A stretch of DNA of 40,000 nucleotides from an uncultured Candidatus Peribacteria bacterium (lineage in GTDB: Bacteria; Patescibacteriota; Gracilibacteria; UBA1369; 2-02-FULL-48-14): NCBI GenBank assembly GCA_964529435.1, contig CAZGUT010000004.1, forward strand, positions 51,765-91,764. The letters run 5' to 3'. How positions within the stretch are numbered: the stretch's first letter is position 1; every line of letters begins with the position of its first letter. Of this stretch, positions 1-9,101 are shown piece after piece. The notes under the pieces were generated by a model. The model was not told where the DNA came from, did no database searches, and worked only from the letters and a program-made list of their open reading frames with translations. A program made the position numbers and the translations under genes.

Positions 1-834
1 GGTCTCATTTTATATTTAGCCTTCTTCCTTTCAGAAAAAATCTCCCTCACAAAACTCCAAACATGGAACGAAGGATTTATGAAATTCGCATTAATCGCCG
101 GGCTGGTAATAGTCCCAATTGTCCTGCAACCCGACCTCGGATCCGCAATGGTGCTCACAGCAATCGCAGTTGTAATTTATTTCTTATCCGGCGCCAGCAT
201 AAAACATTTCGTAGTAGGCGGGATCCTTATCACGATGGTCAGCCTAATCGTCATTTCAAACGTGAGTTATATCAATAACCGCGTCACAGCTTTCATCAAC
301 CCTGACGCAGAATGCGTGGAAGATTATTGTTGGCAAACTCGCCAAGCCAACATCGCAATCGGCAGCGGAGGAATCTGGGGCAAAGGCCTGACGCAAGGGG
401 TCCAAAAATCATACTGGCTCCCGCAAGCAGCAGACGACTTTATATTCGCAGCCTCGGCAGAAGAACTCGGATTTTTCCGCACGGTACTGGTCCTTCTTCT
501 CTACACGACAATCGCGTATCGTGGCTTCCAGATCGCAAATCATGCACCCAACAAATTCGCCATGCTGACGGCCGCAGGAATAAGCACCTGGATTTCGGCG
601 CAAGCCTTCATTAATATCATGGTAAACACAGCGCTCTTCCCAATCACAGGAATCACTCTTCCATTCATGAGCTACGGTGGCTCGTCCATGGTGATGACCC
701 TGATGGCAGTCGGAGTGCTACTCAATATCTCTAAATACACGACCTTCAATGCATATAGTTCTAACAGGAGGGGGAACCGCAGGACACGTCGTTCCAAATC
801 TAGCTATCGCAGACGCTATCAAAGGAGCTACTAA
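1..834 (+). CDS. ftsW: SEDS-family cell division protein FtsW (5' end outside window)
   Basis: Frame 1 is open from base 1, with no stop before the listed Met at 79. Translation has SEDS motifs GSGGIWGKGLTQG, LPQAADDFIF and ITLPFMSYGGSS plus several hydrophobic segments. It lies directly upstream of murG as in dcw clusters. Confidence 0.85.
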   Translation, partial: GLILYLAFFLSEKISLTKLQTWNEGFMKFALIAGLVIVPIVLQPDLGSAMVLTAIAVVIYFLSGASIKHFVVGGILITMVSLIVISNVSYINNRVTAFINPDAECVEDYCWQTRQANIAIGSGGIWGKGLTQGVQKSYWLPQAADDFIFAASAEELGFFRTVLVLLLYTTIAYRGFQIANHAPNKFAMLTAAGISTWISAQAFINIMVNTALFPITGITLPFMSYGGSSMVMTLMAVGVLLNISKYTTFNAYSSNRRGNRRTRRSKSSYRRRYQRSY

Positions 835-1831
835 AATCACCTACATCGGCTCAAGAAGAGGTATCGAACGTGAACTCGTACGCCGAAAAGGAATCCCATT
901 CGAACACATCGCAACTGGCAAGCTCCGTCGTTATTTTTCACTTCTTAATTTTATAGACCTCTTCCGCATCCCTCTTGGCATCATCCAAGCATTTTTCAAA
1001 CTAGGACGACTAAAACCAAACATCATTTTCAGCAAAGGTGGATTCGTTGGATTTCCAGTTGTAGTCGCAGGCTGGTTACGCCGCATCCCAGTCATAATTC
1101 ATGAATCAGATGCAATCCCCGGACTTGCAACAAAACTCTGTGCTCCATTCGCAAAAAAAATCCTACTTGGCTATAAAGAAGCAGAACTAGAACTCCAAAA
1201 ACACTCTTCAAAAATCGAAGTTATCGGAAATCCAATCCGTCCGGAAATTCTAAAAGGCAGTATTTCAAAAGCAAAACGACTCACCGGCTTCAACGGTAAA
1301 AAACCAGTACTTTTGATAATGGGTGGTAGCGCAGGAGCCCAACAACTGAACCAAATAATAAAAAAAGAAAAAGCTCGCCTCACAGAAATTTTCGACGTCA
1401 TCCACATCACAGGAAAAGGAAAGGGGAGGAAGCAGAAAACCAAATCTTACTTCTCAATCCCTTACATCCACGACGAATTAAAAGATCTTTACGCGCTCGC
1501 TTCGCTCGCGCTCTCCCGCGCCGGCGCAAACAGCCTCGCAGAACTTGAAGCTCTCCAAATCCCAACGCTTCTCTACCCGCTCGGCCGATATGCCAGCCGC
1601 GGAGACCAAATGGCAAACACCCAAGCCATGACTCAAAAGTATAAAATCTTCCAACTCGCAGACGAAAACAAAGAAGCCCACTCCCAACTTCTCTTAATGC
1701 CGCCTCGCCCAAACAGACACGCAGCGAAGCGAAGTGTCCCTTCCCCCACAGTCGTCCAAAAAATCACCACCCTCCTTTACAAAACCGCAGAAACCTCTTC
1801 AGTATGTCGTCGACGGCATATCAAAAAATAA
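749..1831 (+). CDS. murG: UDP-GlcNAc:lipid I N-acetylglucosaminyltransferase MurG
   Basis: N-terminus MHIVLTGGGTAGHVVPNLAIA is the G-loop typical of MurG. Also has IMGGSAGAQ and SRAGANSLAELEAL motifs, ~360 aa, and follows ftsW. Confidence 0.9.
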   Translation: MHIVLTGGGTAGHVVPNLAIADAIKGATKITYIGSRRGIERELVRRKGIPFEHIATGKLRRYFSLLNFIDLFRIPLGIIQAFFKLGRLKPNIIFSKGGFVGFPVVVAGWLRRIPVIIHESDAIPGLATKLCAPFAKKILLGYKEAELELQKHSSKIEVIGNPIRPEILKGSISKAKRLTGFNGKKPVLLIMGGSAGAQQLNQIIKKEKARLTEIFDVIHITGKGKGRKQKTKSYFSIPYIHDELKDLYALASLALSRAGANSLAELEALQIPTLLYPLGRYASRGDQMANTQAMTQKYKIFQLADENKEAHSQLLLMPPRPNRHAAKRSVPSPTVVQKITTLLYKTAETSSVCRRRHIKK

Positions 1832-1840
1832 ATCCAACAT

Positions 1841-2908
1841 ATGAAAACACCACTAACAATCGCCTTCCAAGGATGGTTCCTCCCACAACCCTACACAGGG
1901 ATCGGGCAGCACTGCATCGGTCTACTCCGCGCAATCGCAAAGCAGAAAAAAGCACCCAAAATCATCGTCGCCATCCCCAAAAAAACCGCAATCAAAGGTG
2001 TCCCAAAATCCTGGCTCCACATCATCCGTCCAAAATGGTGGATCCTAATTCCGGGCCTCAAAAAATGGTACTGGGAACGCGTCCAAGTCCCATCCTACTT
2101 CGCAAAAATCAACCCGGACTGGGAACATTATCCATACCCTTGCCCGCTCCCTCGTCATAGCCCAAACCTCCGCTCAGTCACAATCCATGATCTTATCCCC
2201 TGGCACGACAAACGGTACAAGGGAGGCCGCCTCAAATCTTATTACTACCACCTCGCACGCCGCACCTTAGTCAACGTCGACCACATTTTCACCGTGTCAC
2301 AAAGTACCCACGAGGAACTCGGGATCCCAGCCGCAACACTTCTCCCCAATGCCATTCCAGAAATCCCCACCAAACTCAAACGCCTCTCTTACGAAAACAC
2401 CTTAGTCTATTTCGGCGGCTACGCGCTCCACAAAAACGTCCCAGAACTAGTGAAAGCCTTCACCCACGTCCGCAAAAAACATCCAGAAATGCGCCTGGTT
2501 CTCATCGGAGCACCTCACCACAAATCCAAATATTACTCGGAAATCCCGGAAACGGAAGGCGTCCACTCACTCGGAATCCTCACAGACAAACGCCTTTACG
2601 CAACTCTAAAATCCGCCTTCGCCTTTGTGCATTTTTCAGACAGCGAAGGTTTCAACATCCCTCTTCTCCAAGCAATGGCCGCAGGTACACCAGCAATAGT
2701 TAAGGATATTCCAGTAAACCGTGAAGTCTCTCAAAACTCAGCACTATTCCTTAGCTCGAAAAAGACCTCACTTTCTGATAAGGTAAAACTGCTTCGCAAC
2801 GCAAAAAAACGCGACTCAATAATCAAAAAACAAAAACAGGCCGCCCGCTCCTACTCCTGGGCAAAATCCGCAAGATTATTTCTAAAGGAACTCAAACATG
2901 GCAATTGA
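1841..2908 (+). CDS. Glycosyltransferase, GT4 / Glycos_transf_1 type
   Basis: C-terminal half has FSDSEGFNIPLLQAMAAGTPAIV, typical of the retaining GT-B Glycos_transf_1 domain. 355 aa, 9 nt after murG. Confidence 0.8.
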   Translation: MKTPLTIAFQGWFLPQPYTGIGQHCIGLLRAIAKQKKAPKIIVAIPKKTAIKGVPKSWLHIIRPKWWILIPGLKKWYWERVQVPSYFAKINPDWEHYPYPCPLPRHSPNLRSVTIHDLIPWHDKRYKGGRLKSYYYHLARRTLVNVDHIFTVSQSTHEELGIPAATLLPNAIPEIPTKLKRLSYENTLVYFGGYALHKNVPELVKAFTHVRKKHPEMRLVLIGAPHHKSKYYSEIPETEGVHSLGILTDKRLYATLKSAFAFVHFSDSEGFNIPLLQAMAAGTPAIVKDIPVNREVSQNSALFLSSKKTSLSDKVKLLRNAKKRDSIIKKQKQAARSYSWAKSARLFLKELKHGN

Positions 2909-3491
2909 CGCAGGCAAATACGCACAAAATCGTTTCCCCGGCCAAAAACCAGGAGAACAAATCATGGTTCTGGTCCGCAAACACTGGATGATCGACGTAA
3001 AAGTAGCACTTATTTTTCTAGTGCTCGGCATCTTTCCACTTGCCCTCGTAATAGTTGCAGCAATCTATTTTTGGGACGGCACTTTTAATGACATGTTTCT
3101 TCTCATAACGCTTGGCGTCTGGGTCTACCTTCTGGCAATTATGGCTTTCACATACATGGCCTGGCTCAACGAGGAACTAGACATCATTATCGTAACAAAT
3201 GAACGCGTTGTGGCTCACGACCAAATCGACCTCTTCCACCGCCAAATTTCAGAAACCAACATCGCACAAATCCAAGACGTGAAAGGAGTGGAAAAAGGAG
3301 TCTGGGGGAACATGCTTCACTACGGAACTATTGAAATTCAAACCGCTGCAAGAGCCATTATTTTCACAATCAAACATGCAAATCGGCCTTATCAAAAAGC
3401 CCGCGATATCTTAGACATCCGCGACAAATACATGGATAAAGAAAAATTCGAATCCCCACCAGAAGAACCTTCACCCGTTTTCAACCTCTGA
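2898..3491 (+). CDS. Membrane protein with bacterial PH (bPH_2 / YdbS-YdbT-like) domain
   Basis: Two hydrophobic helices (VALIFLVLGIFPLALVIVAAIYFW and LLITLGVWVYLLAIMAFTYMAWL). They are followed by IIIVTNERVV...ISETNIAQIQDV...GTIEIQTAA, the usual bPH pattern. Overlaps the upstream gene by 11 nt. Confidence 0.55.
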   Translation: MAIDAGKYAQNRFPGQKPGEQIMVLVRKHWMIDVKVALIFLVLGIFPLALVIVAAIYFWDGTFNDMFLLITLGVWVYLLAIMAFTYMAWLNEELDIIIVTNERVVAHDQIDLFHRQISETNIAQIQDVKGVEKGVWGNMLHYGTIEIQTAARAIIFTIKHANRPYQKARDILDIRDKYMDKEKFESPPEEPSPVFNL

Positions 3492-3961
3492 TGACAAACA
3501 TTTTCTTGCTCATAATCGCAGCTCTTATAATAGCCTTCATCTGGCTAATTTGGCTCAGGCAGTCACTGTTAAACACACTCCAAGTAAGCGAACAAAAACG
3601 CCAAATCCTCCAACTCGATCTCAACAAACGCCGAGACGTCGTTCCATATTTATTGGAAAGCTTCCGCGCCGCCCAAGAACCCAACGACGCCTGGCACAAA
3701 ATCCTCAATCAACGAAAAGAATTCAACCAATCCTCAACCCTAGAAAAAGAATGGGAATTCGAACAAAACCTCGCACACTTCATGCGCGACACCCACATCA
3801 AAACCCAAAATTTCTTGGAAGCAAAAAAAGCAATCCAAGATCTCACAGATTTAGTCGAAAAAGAAAAACTAGAACTCGAAGCCGCCACTCAAACCTTCAC
3901 TGAAAAGCAAAAACAATTCCCTTACTCCATGGCTTCTGCTATCTTCGGTCTCCGTGCATAA
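3491..3961 (+). CDS. lemA: LemA family protein
   Basis: N-terminal TM helix, LNKRRDVVPYLLESF and C-terminal FPYSMASAIFGL match the LemA layout. TGATG start/stop overlap with the upstream gene. Confidence 0.75.
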   Translation: MTNIFLLIIAALIIAFIWLIWLRQSLLNTLQVSEQKRQILQLDLNKRRDVVPYLLESFRAAQEPNDAWHKILNQRKEFNQSSTLEKEWEFEQNLAHFMRDTHIKTQNFLEAKKAIQDLTDLVEKEKLELEAATQTFTEKQKQFPYSMASAIFGLRA

Positions 3962-3965
3962 GCAT

Positions 3966-5345
3966 ATGAAGTATCACATCCAAACTTACGGCTGCCAAAT
4001 GAATTATTCGGACTCGGAACGAATCGCGTCTGTTCTTGAATCTCTCGGCTATTCCAAAGCCAAAGACCAATCCAAGGCAGACCTCCTAATTTTCAACACC
4101 TGCAGCGTTAAACAAAAAGCTGAAGACCGCGTGACTGGCCTCCGCCGCTCTCTCGCAAATCTCAAAGCAACAAACAAAGATCTTCAAATCGCCATCACCG
4201 GCTGCATGATCCGCAATACATCAACCCAAAACTCAGAAAAAAAAGACAAGGTTCTCCGCACAATGCCGGAAGTAGACATCGCCTTCAAAATCGACGAACT
4301 AGCTGTCCTCCCAGAACTCATCCAGCCAACCCAAACCCAAGCAGACCTCCCCACAAACTACTTCCGCATCGCACCAAAAAAACAATCCACCGCCCAAGTC
4401 CTAGTCCCAATCATGACCGGCTGCGACAAATTCTGCAGCTACTGCATTGTCCCCTTCGCCCGTGGCCGTGAAAAATCCAGAGATTTCAACGAAATCCTCA
4501 AAGAATGCACCCGCCACGTAAAAGAAGGCGCAATTGAAATCACACTCATAGGTCAAACCGTAAACTCATACGGCCTCAGCCACCACGACCAGGCCCGTAG
4601 CGCAGCAGAGGGCCCTTGCCCCTTTAACCCAAACGGCTCTGGTACACCCTTCTCAGCCCTCCTCAAAGAAATCGACAAACTCCACTCCTCCGGCCTCAGA
4701 AGACTCAGATTCATGTCCCCACACCCCAGAGATTTCCATGATGAACTAATCCAAACTCTAGCCAGCCTCAAAACCATCTGCCCCTACATTCACATGCCAG
4801 TCCAATCCGGTGACGACGAAACCCTTCGTCGCATGAACAGAAATTACCGCGTGGAAGAATACAAAACCATCATGCGAAAAATCCAAAACGCCATTCCCGG
4901 CTGCGCAATTTCAACGGACATAATTGTTGGCTTCTGCGGTGAAACAAAAGAGGAATTCCAAAACACTTACAACATGTACAAGGAAATGGAATGGGATATA
5001 TGCTACGTATCAAAATACTCACCACGCAAAGGCACTTACTCAGAACGCAAACTCCATGACGACGTCCCAGCAAAAACCAAAACCGCCCGCTGGCGCAAAA
5101 TCAATGACGAACTTCTCGTTCCAATCGCAGCAAAAAAACACGCTGCCTTCCTCGGCAAAACCGTAGAGGTCTTGGTAGAACAGTGCGCAGCGAAGCGAAG
5201 CACTATTTTCAAATGCTCCGGCCGCACTCCAGAATCCAAAGAAGTCTTCTTCAAATCCACCACCCCCGTCCTCGGCAAACTCGTCCAGGTCAAAATCACA
5301 AAAGCTCAATCTCTGTGCCTAGAAGGAGAGCCAATCTCAACTTAA
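3966..5345 (+). CDS. miaB: tRNA methylthiotransferase MiaB (radical SAM)
   Basis: MKYHIQTYGCQMNYSDSE N-terminal UPF0004 motif, radical-SAM CDKFCSYC (CxxxCxxC), C-terminal TRAM-like GKTVEVLVE. The ATG at 3966 is preferred over the GTG at 3954 listed in the track. Confidence 0.85.
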   Translation: MKYHIQTYGCQMNYSDSERIASVLESLGYSKAKDQSKADLLIFNTCSVKQKAEDRVTGLRRSLANLKATNKDLQIAITGCMIRNTSTQNSEKKDKVLRTMPEVDIAFKIDELAVLPELIQPTQTQADLPTNYFRIAPKKQSTAQVLVPIMTGCDKFCSYCIVPFARGREKSRDFNEILKECTRHVKEGAIEITLIGQTVNSYGLSHHDQARSAAEGPCPFNPNGSGTPFSALLKEIDKLHSSGLRRLRFMSPHPRDFHDELIQTLASLKTICPYIHMPVQSGDDETLRRMNRNYRVEEYKTIMRKIQNAIPGCAISTDIIVGFCGETKEEFQNTYNMYKEMEWDICYVSKYSPRKGTYSERKLHDDVPAKTKTARWRKINDELLVPIAAKKHAAFLGKTVEVLVEQCAAKRSTIFKCSGRTPESKEVFFKSTTPVLGKLVQVKITKAQSLCLEGEPIST

Positions 5346-5896
5346 AAAGTCCAGAAAATCCCGTGGTTACCATAACCCCCCATAAGACTTCCTTCCAGAT
5401 TTGTTCTTGAAAAAATTCCACCGGGCTGAGTGCCTTCTTTATACACCAAAAAAGAAAAATGAGTACAAACTTTCACGATAAGAACCTGAAAATCTCCACA
5501 CAATCTCTCAGTAAAGACTACAAGCCATTTACCACCCAAATCTTCCAAAACAACCCGCTCACCATCATCCAAATAATGCTTTTCTGGAGAATGCCCAAGC
5601 TTTCTCAAAAGCTCACCAAGGCTTACATTGTCAATGCAAAAACTATTTGGTACAGAAGGATTAGCTGATGCTCTCGGATGAGGATATGTACGATACACTC
5701 TTACGCCTTCATTACCATCATCTCCGCAAAAAATATGACGCTTAATGTCATTACACCACCCATCTCCATCTAAAGAATCCGTTAACTGTTCACGAAAATC
5801 GGGATGTTCTTGGGCTAATCTTTCAATCCCAGACTCAATAACATCACACAATTGCACTTTATCCAAATCTTCAACAGGGGCTGAGTTATCAAGCAT
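5342..5896 (-). CDS. Hypothetical protein (184 aa), no recognisable motif
   Basis: Only long ORF in this interval, ATG start. Converges on miaB with a 4-nt stop overlap. The amino-acid composition is plausible for a protein. Confidence 0.5.
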   Translation of the reverse strand: MLDNSAPVEDLDKVQLCDVIESGIERLAQEHPDFREQLTDSLDGDGWCNDIKRHIFCGDDGNEGVRVYRTYPHPRASANPSVPNSFCIDNVSLGELLRKLGHSPEKHYLDDGERVVLEDLGGKWLVVFTERLCGDFQVLIVKVCTHFSFLVYKEGTQPGGIFSRTNLEGSLMGGYGNHGIFWTF

Positions 5897-6022
5897 ACAA
5901 AACCATTAAAAGGCAGGAAATAAACCTACACCAAAATCAAATAACCGATCAAGCCTCATTTACTCTATCTCTAATTTATTTCCTAATGTCCCGGCGTCTC
6001 CACCACCTGACTAATGAAAAAG

Positions 6023-6050
6023 GCCTCCCACGTTGGGGGGTCTCTTTCTT
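6023..6050 (+). terminator. Terminator-like hairpin (function uncertain)
   Basis: GGCCTCCCA-cgt-TGGGGGGTC stem (9 bp including 2 G-U pairs), preceded by an A run and followed by the T-rich TCTCTTTCTT. There is no co-directional gene end immediately upstream. Confidence 0.25.
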
Positions 6051-6056
6051 GGGAAT

Positions 6057-6085
6057 TTACCGCTAGAATTGACACTCGTATTATA
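6057..6085 (+). promoter_or_regulatory. Candidate sigma70-like promoter for the surface operon
   Basis: TTTACC -17 nt- TATTAT, about 90 nt upstream of the ATG at 6173. Confidence 0.3.
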
Positions 6086-6134
6086 TCTTTATCCGCGGCT
6101 TTTAGCAACCCACCCCCTTGCCAAAAACCCCAAA

Positions 6135-6154
6135 ATCTGTTAAAATTAACAGAT
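6135..6154. promoter_or_regulatory. Perfect 9-bp-arm palindrome (candidate operator or 5'-UTR hairpin)
   Basis: ATCTGTTAA-aa-TTAACAGAT, 19 nt upstream of the start codon at 6173. Confidence 0.35.
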
Positions 6155-6172
6155 TAAAACAAAAATCGCGCA

Positions 6173-9100
6173 ATGAAAATAAAACACCTGCTTCTAGGCG
6201 CATTACTAGTCGTTCCACTCCTGTTAACTGGAACGGCGCTAAACGTAGAAGAAAACCAAGAAGTCCAGCTAGCCTCTGATGAAATAATCTGTAGCGTTAC
6301 AGGCCCAGATAGCGGCACCTCCTACACAGCAGGAGAAGGCTTTTGGATTTACGGATCCGTAATGGCCAATACAACAGGAGGATACCTGGCAGAAGAAGGC
6401 GTGGAATCTGATATTGAAGGCATAGTTAACGACGACTTCGGAGGGTACCTTTCACTCTCATATAACGGTTCACACACACTCACTGTCTACGCTTACGACA
6501 ACTACGGAAACTACTGTTTTGACACACTCGTTATAAACATTTCCGGCGGCACAGACCCCCCAAGTGACGACACCGACGACACCTGGGACATGGAATACAC
6601 TTACGCCTGTTACGGCGATGACGTTTACTACTACGACAACTACGGCAACGAAACCTACGCCAAAGAATACTGTGACTACGGCTGCACGTCCTACTATTGT
6701 GATGACGCTCCAGAAGACGACTACGACTCCCAAGCCGACTACGCCTGCGACAACGACCACGTTTATTGGCAAAACGACTACGGAAACTTCACTAGCTTAA
6801 AAGAAGAATGTGATTACGGCTGCAGTGACGGAGCCTGTATAGAAGGAAATGACTATTACGATTACAATTGCGCAGGCGACGACGTCTGGTGGGAAGATCA
6901 AAACGGAGACCAAACAGAAATTTACGAAGAATGTGAATGCGGCTGCTCAGGCTGGACTTGTGATTCCTGTTCTGACGACTCAGACAGTGACTATTACGAA
7001 TACTACGACTACTACTGTTTTGACGGAGACATCTGGTGGTATGACAGCAACGGTGACTACACTGAAATTTACGAATACTGTGATGATGGCTGCTCAGGTT
7101 GGTCCTGTGATGATGATTACACTGACTACTACGACGTTTGGTGTGTAGATGATGAAGCTCTTTACTGGTATGACGTTTATGGAACAGTTAGTGATGAACT
7201 CTCTGACGACTGCGATGGATGCGGATGTTACAACTACACCGATAGCAGTTCTTCAAGAGGTTATTGTTATAGTGATTGTGAAGAACCTGAATGCTCCACT
7301 GACTCAGACTGTGGCACTTCAACATCAGAATATGCTTGTTGGGGCGATTCACTTTATGAAGATTTTTACGTCTCTGCTTGTTATGACGGCACCTGCCAAG
7401 AAACCGGCTATTCTCAATTGGTTGAAGACTGTAAATACGGCTGCTCAGACGCTGCCTGTGAAGATGGAGTCACGGTCACCGCACTTTATCCATCGGAAGG
7501 CGAAAGCCTAGATGTCATGCATGGCGGTCGTTTCCACGCTTACTTTTCAGTCAAAAACGGAGATGATCCAATCCCCTCCGCTGAAGTGGTTGTTTCCCGT
7601 GACGGCAGCGACAACTCCAAATCTTTCTACGCAGATGAAAACGGAATCGTAGACATAAATTACAGCACAGACAGCCGCAGCGTTCACTCCACATACACAT
7701 ATAGAATCCTCTCGGTAAACGACTCACCCTCATACGAAAGCTTCGAGGTCTACATTAAAACACCAAACTACTACAGAGCCTTCTCCTCAAGCTTCACAAA
7801 ACAAGGATCCGCATCCGTGGAATTCCAAGCAGAAGGCGCTGAAGAAACAAGCCGAACCATAAAATACTACCCGGAATTTTACCAAGCACTAATCGACCTT
7901 TCCACAAAATACAAAGGCGGAGTCGGGCTGGAATGTGGCTCATCCGGAGTCTCAATTGAAGCCGGCCCAATCAAAGGAAAAGCCGGATATGAATGCGGCG
8001 GCTCAGTCGGGCTTTTTGCAATTGGAGAGGACGGATACAAATTTGATTATGACGAATACCAAAGCTACTACGACTACGCAGAAAGTGAACAATACCGCGC
8101 ACTCCAAATGTTCCGTCTCTTAACAATCAGTTACGCACACCAAATTTCGCCTCTGCTCCGCAGAGTAGTAGATAACACTGCATTCGCCCTTTCAGGTGAC
8201 GCAGACGATTATCTTTACAAAGCAAGTACCGCAATTGGCGGCTACGGCCAAGTAGCAGTGGATGGCGGAATTGGAGTTGACGTTGGAGACAGCGCAACCG
8301 TTGGTGCAATAGCTCAACTTGGAGTTGGTGGGGAAGGTTCAATCGGTGCGACTGACTATCCAATGGACAATAAAGAAAGTATCGTTGTGAAAGTTGGGCT
8401 GAACGGCACCGCAAACTTAGCAGTTGGCATTGTGAGTGATGGAAACCCAACACTCGGAATTGGAACAGACGTTGGAGAAGTGACCGGCACAGGAATCTTA
8501 GAAAAAATCTACGATAGCTACGGAGATCTAGATGAAACTGTTCTTAGCATAGAAACAAATGATGCAATCTACCAATACAAATTCTCAGGCACAAGCGGTT
8601 ATGAAACTCTCTGGGAAGACTTGGAAGATCAAGGCGGATTCACATTTAATAGCGTCCTTTACTACTTCATTTCTTACGCACTCAATGACCCTTACGCCGA
8701 AGTCAAATACACAGTCCGCGAACACGTTGATAAAGACTCACTCAACTTCAACCTCGGAGCCAGCGGTAAACTGCTCGGGGTTGGTGGAGAACTCGGTATC
8801 AAAATCAAAGAAGATACCAAAGTAACTTACGTCAGCTCAGAAAGTATTCTCGCTTCCGGCACGGAACTTTTGATCGCGGAATATGACGAACCAGATTCAA
8901 TCACAATCGACTTGGAAGACTTAATCCTAAACAGCTTCGCAACAGCAAACCCTGAATTCATGTATGCCCTTGAACAAGGTGAAGAAATGGCAGAAGCAGC
9001 CGGAGAAGTTCTCGGTGAAGCAATGCAAACTGTTGAAGACGGCGTTATCTCTCTGGGCAACGCCACAGTCAGTTTCCTAGGTTCATTAAGCCCATTCTAG
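6173..9100 (+). CDS. Large secreted acidic protein with tandem 4-Cys repeats
   Basis: Signal-peptide-like N-terminus MKIKHLLLGALLVVPLLLTGTA. Tandem Asp/Tyr/Cys-rich modules span aa ~141-429. Then an Ig-like stretch and a ~450-aa Gly-rich C-terminal region. Uninterrupted 975-aa ORF. Confidence 0.8.
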   Translation: MKIKHLLLGALLVVPLLLTGTALNVEENQEVQLASDEIICSVTGPDSGTSYTAGEGFWIYGSVMANTTGGYLAEEGVESDIEGIVNDDFGGYLSLSYNGSHTLTVYAYDNYGNYCFDTLVINISGGTDPPSDDTDDTWDMEYTYACYGDDVYYYDNYGNETYAKEYCDYGCTSYYCDDAPEDDYDSQADYACDNDHVYWQNDYGNFTSLKEECDYGCSDGACIEGNDYYDYNCAGDDVWWEDQNGDQTEIYEECECGCSGWTCDSCSDDSDSDYYEYYDYYCFDGDIWWYDSNGDYTEIYEYCDDGCSGWSCDDDYTDYYDVWCVDDEALYWYDVYGTVSDELSDDCDGCGCYNYTDSSSSRGYCYSDCEEPECSTDSDCGTSTSEYACWGDSLYEDFYVSACYDGTCQETGYSQLVEDCKYGCSDAACEDGVTVTALYPSEGESLDVMHGGRFHAYFSVKNGDDPIPSAEVVVSRDGSDNSKSFYADENGIVDINYSTDSRSVHSTYTYRILSVNDSPSYESFEVYIKTPNYYRAFSSSFTKQGSASVEFQAEGAEETSRTIKYYPEFYQALIDLSTKYKGGVGLECGSSGVSIEAGPIKGKAGYECGGSVGLFAIGEDGYKFDYDEYQSYYDYAESEQYRALQMFRLLTISYAHQISPLLRRVVDNTAFALSGDADDYLYKASTAIGGYGQVAVDGGIGVDVGDSATVGAIAQLGVGGEGSIGATDYPMDNKESIVVKVGLNGTANLAVGIVSDGNPTLGIGTDVGEVTGTGILEKIYDSYGDLDETVLSIETNDAIYQYKFSGTSGYETLWEDLEDQGGFTFNSVLYYFISYALNDPYAEVKYTVREHVDKDSLNFNLGASGKLLGVGGELGIKIKEDTKVTYVSSESILASGTELLIAEYDEPDSITIDLEDLILNSFATANPEFMYALEQGEEMAEAAGEVLGEAMQTVEDGVISLGNATVSFLGSLSPF
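6593..7459 (+). repeat. In-frame tandem coding repeats (about 6 units of ~41-49 aa)
   Basis: Four units have identical Cys spacing C-x20-C-x3-C-x4-C (Cys146/167/171/176, 192/213/217/222, 233/254/258/263, 282/303/307/312). Each has an aromatic core [VI][YW][YW]xDxxG. Two more degenerate units follow. DNA motif GGCTGC(TCAG) recurs. Confidence 0.8.
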
Positions 9101-9101
9101 A

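Noticed and set aside
3446-3456. T-loop-like TTCGAATCCCC
   Set aside because: It lies inside a CDS, and no flanking complementary T-stem, acceptor or anticodon arms can be drawn. No tRNA could be supported anywhere in the window.
6593-7459. Tandem DNA repeats that might suggest a CRISPR-like array
   Set aside because: The repeats are degenerate, in frame within one long ORF and lack unique spacers of fixed length. They encode the Cys-repeat modules.
6470-7511. Several 78-120-aa Thr- or Val-rich ORFs in other frames or on the other strand
   Set aside because: They lie inside the repeat region of the 975-aa gene and are by-products of its GAC/TAC/GGC-rich repeats read out of frame.
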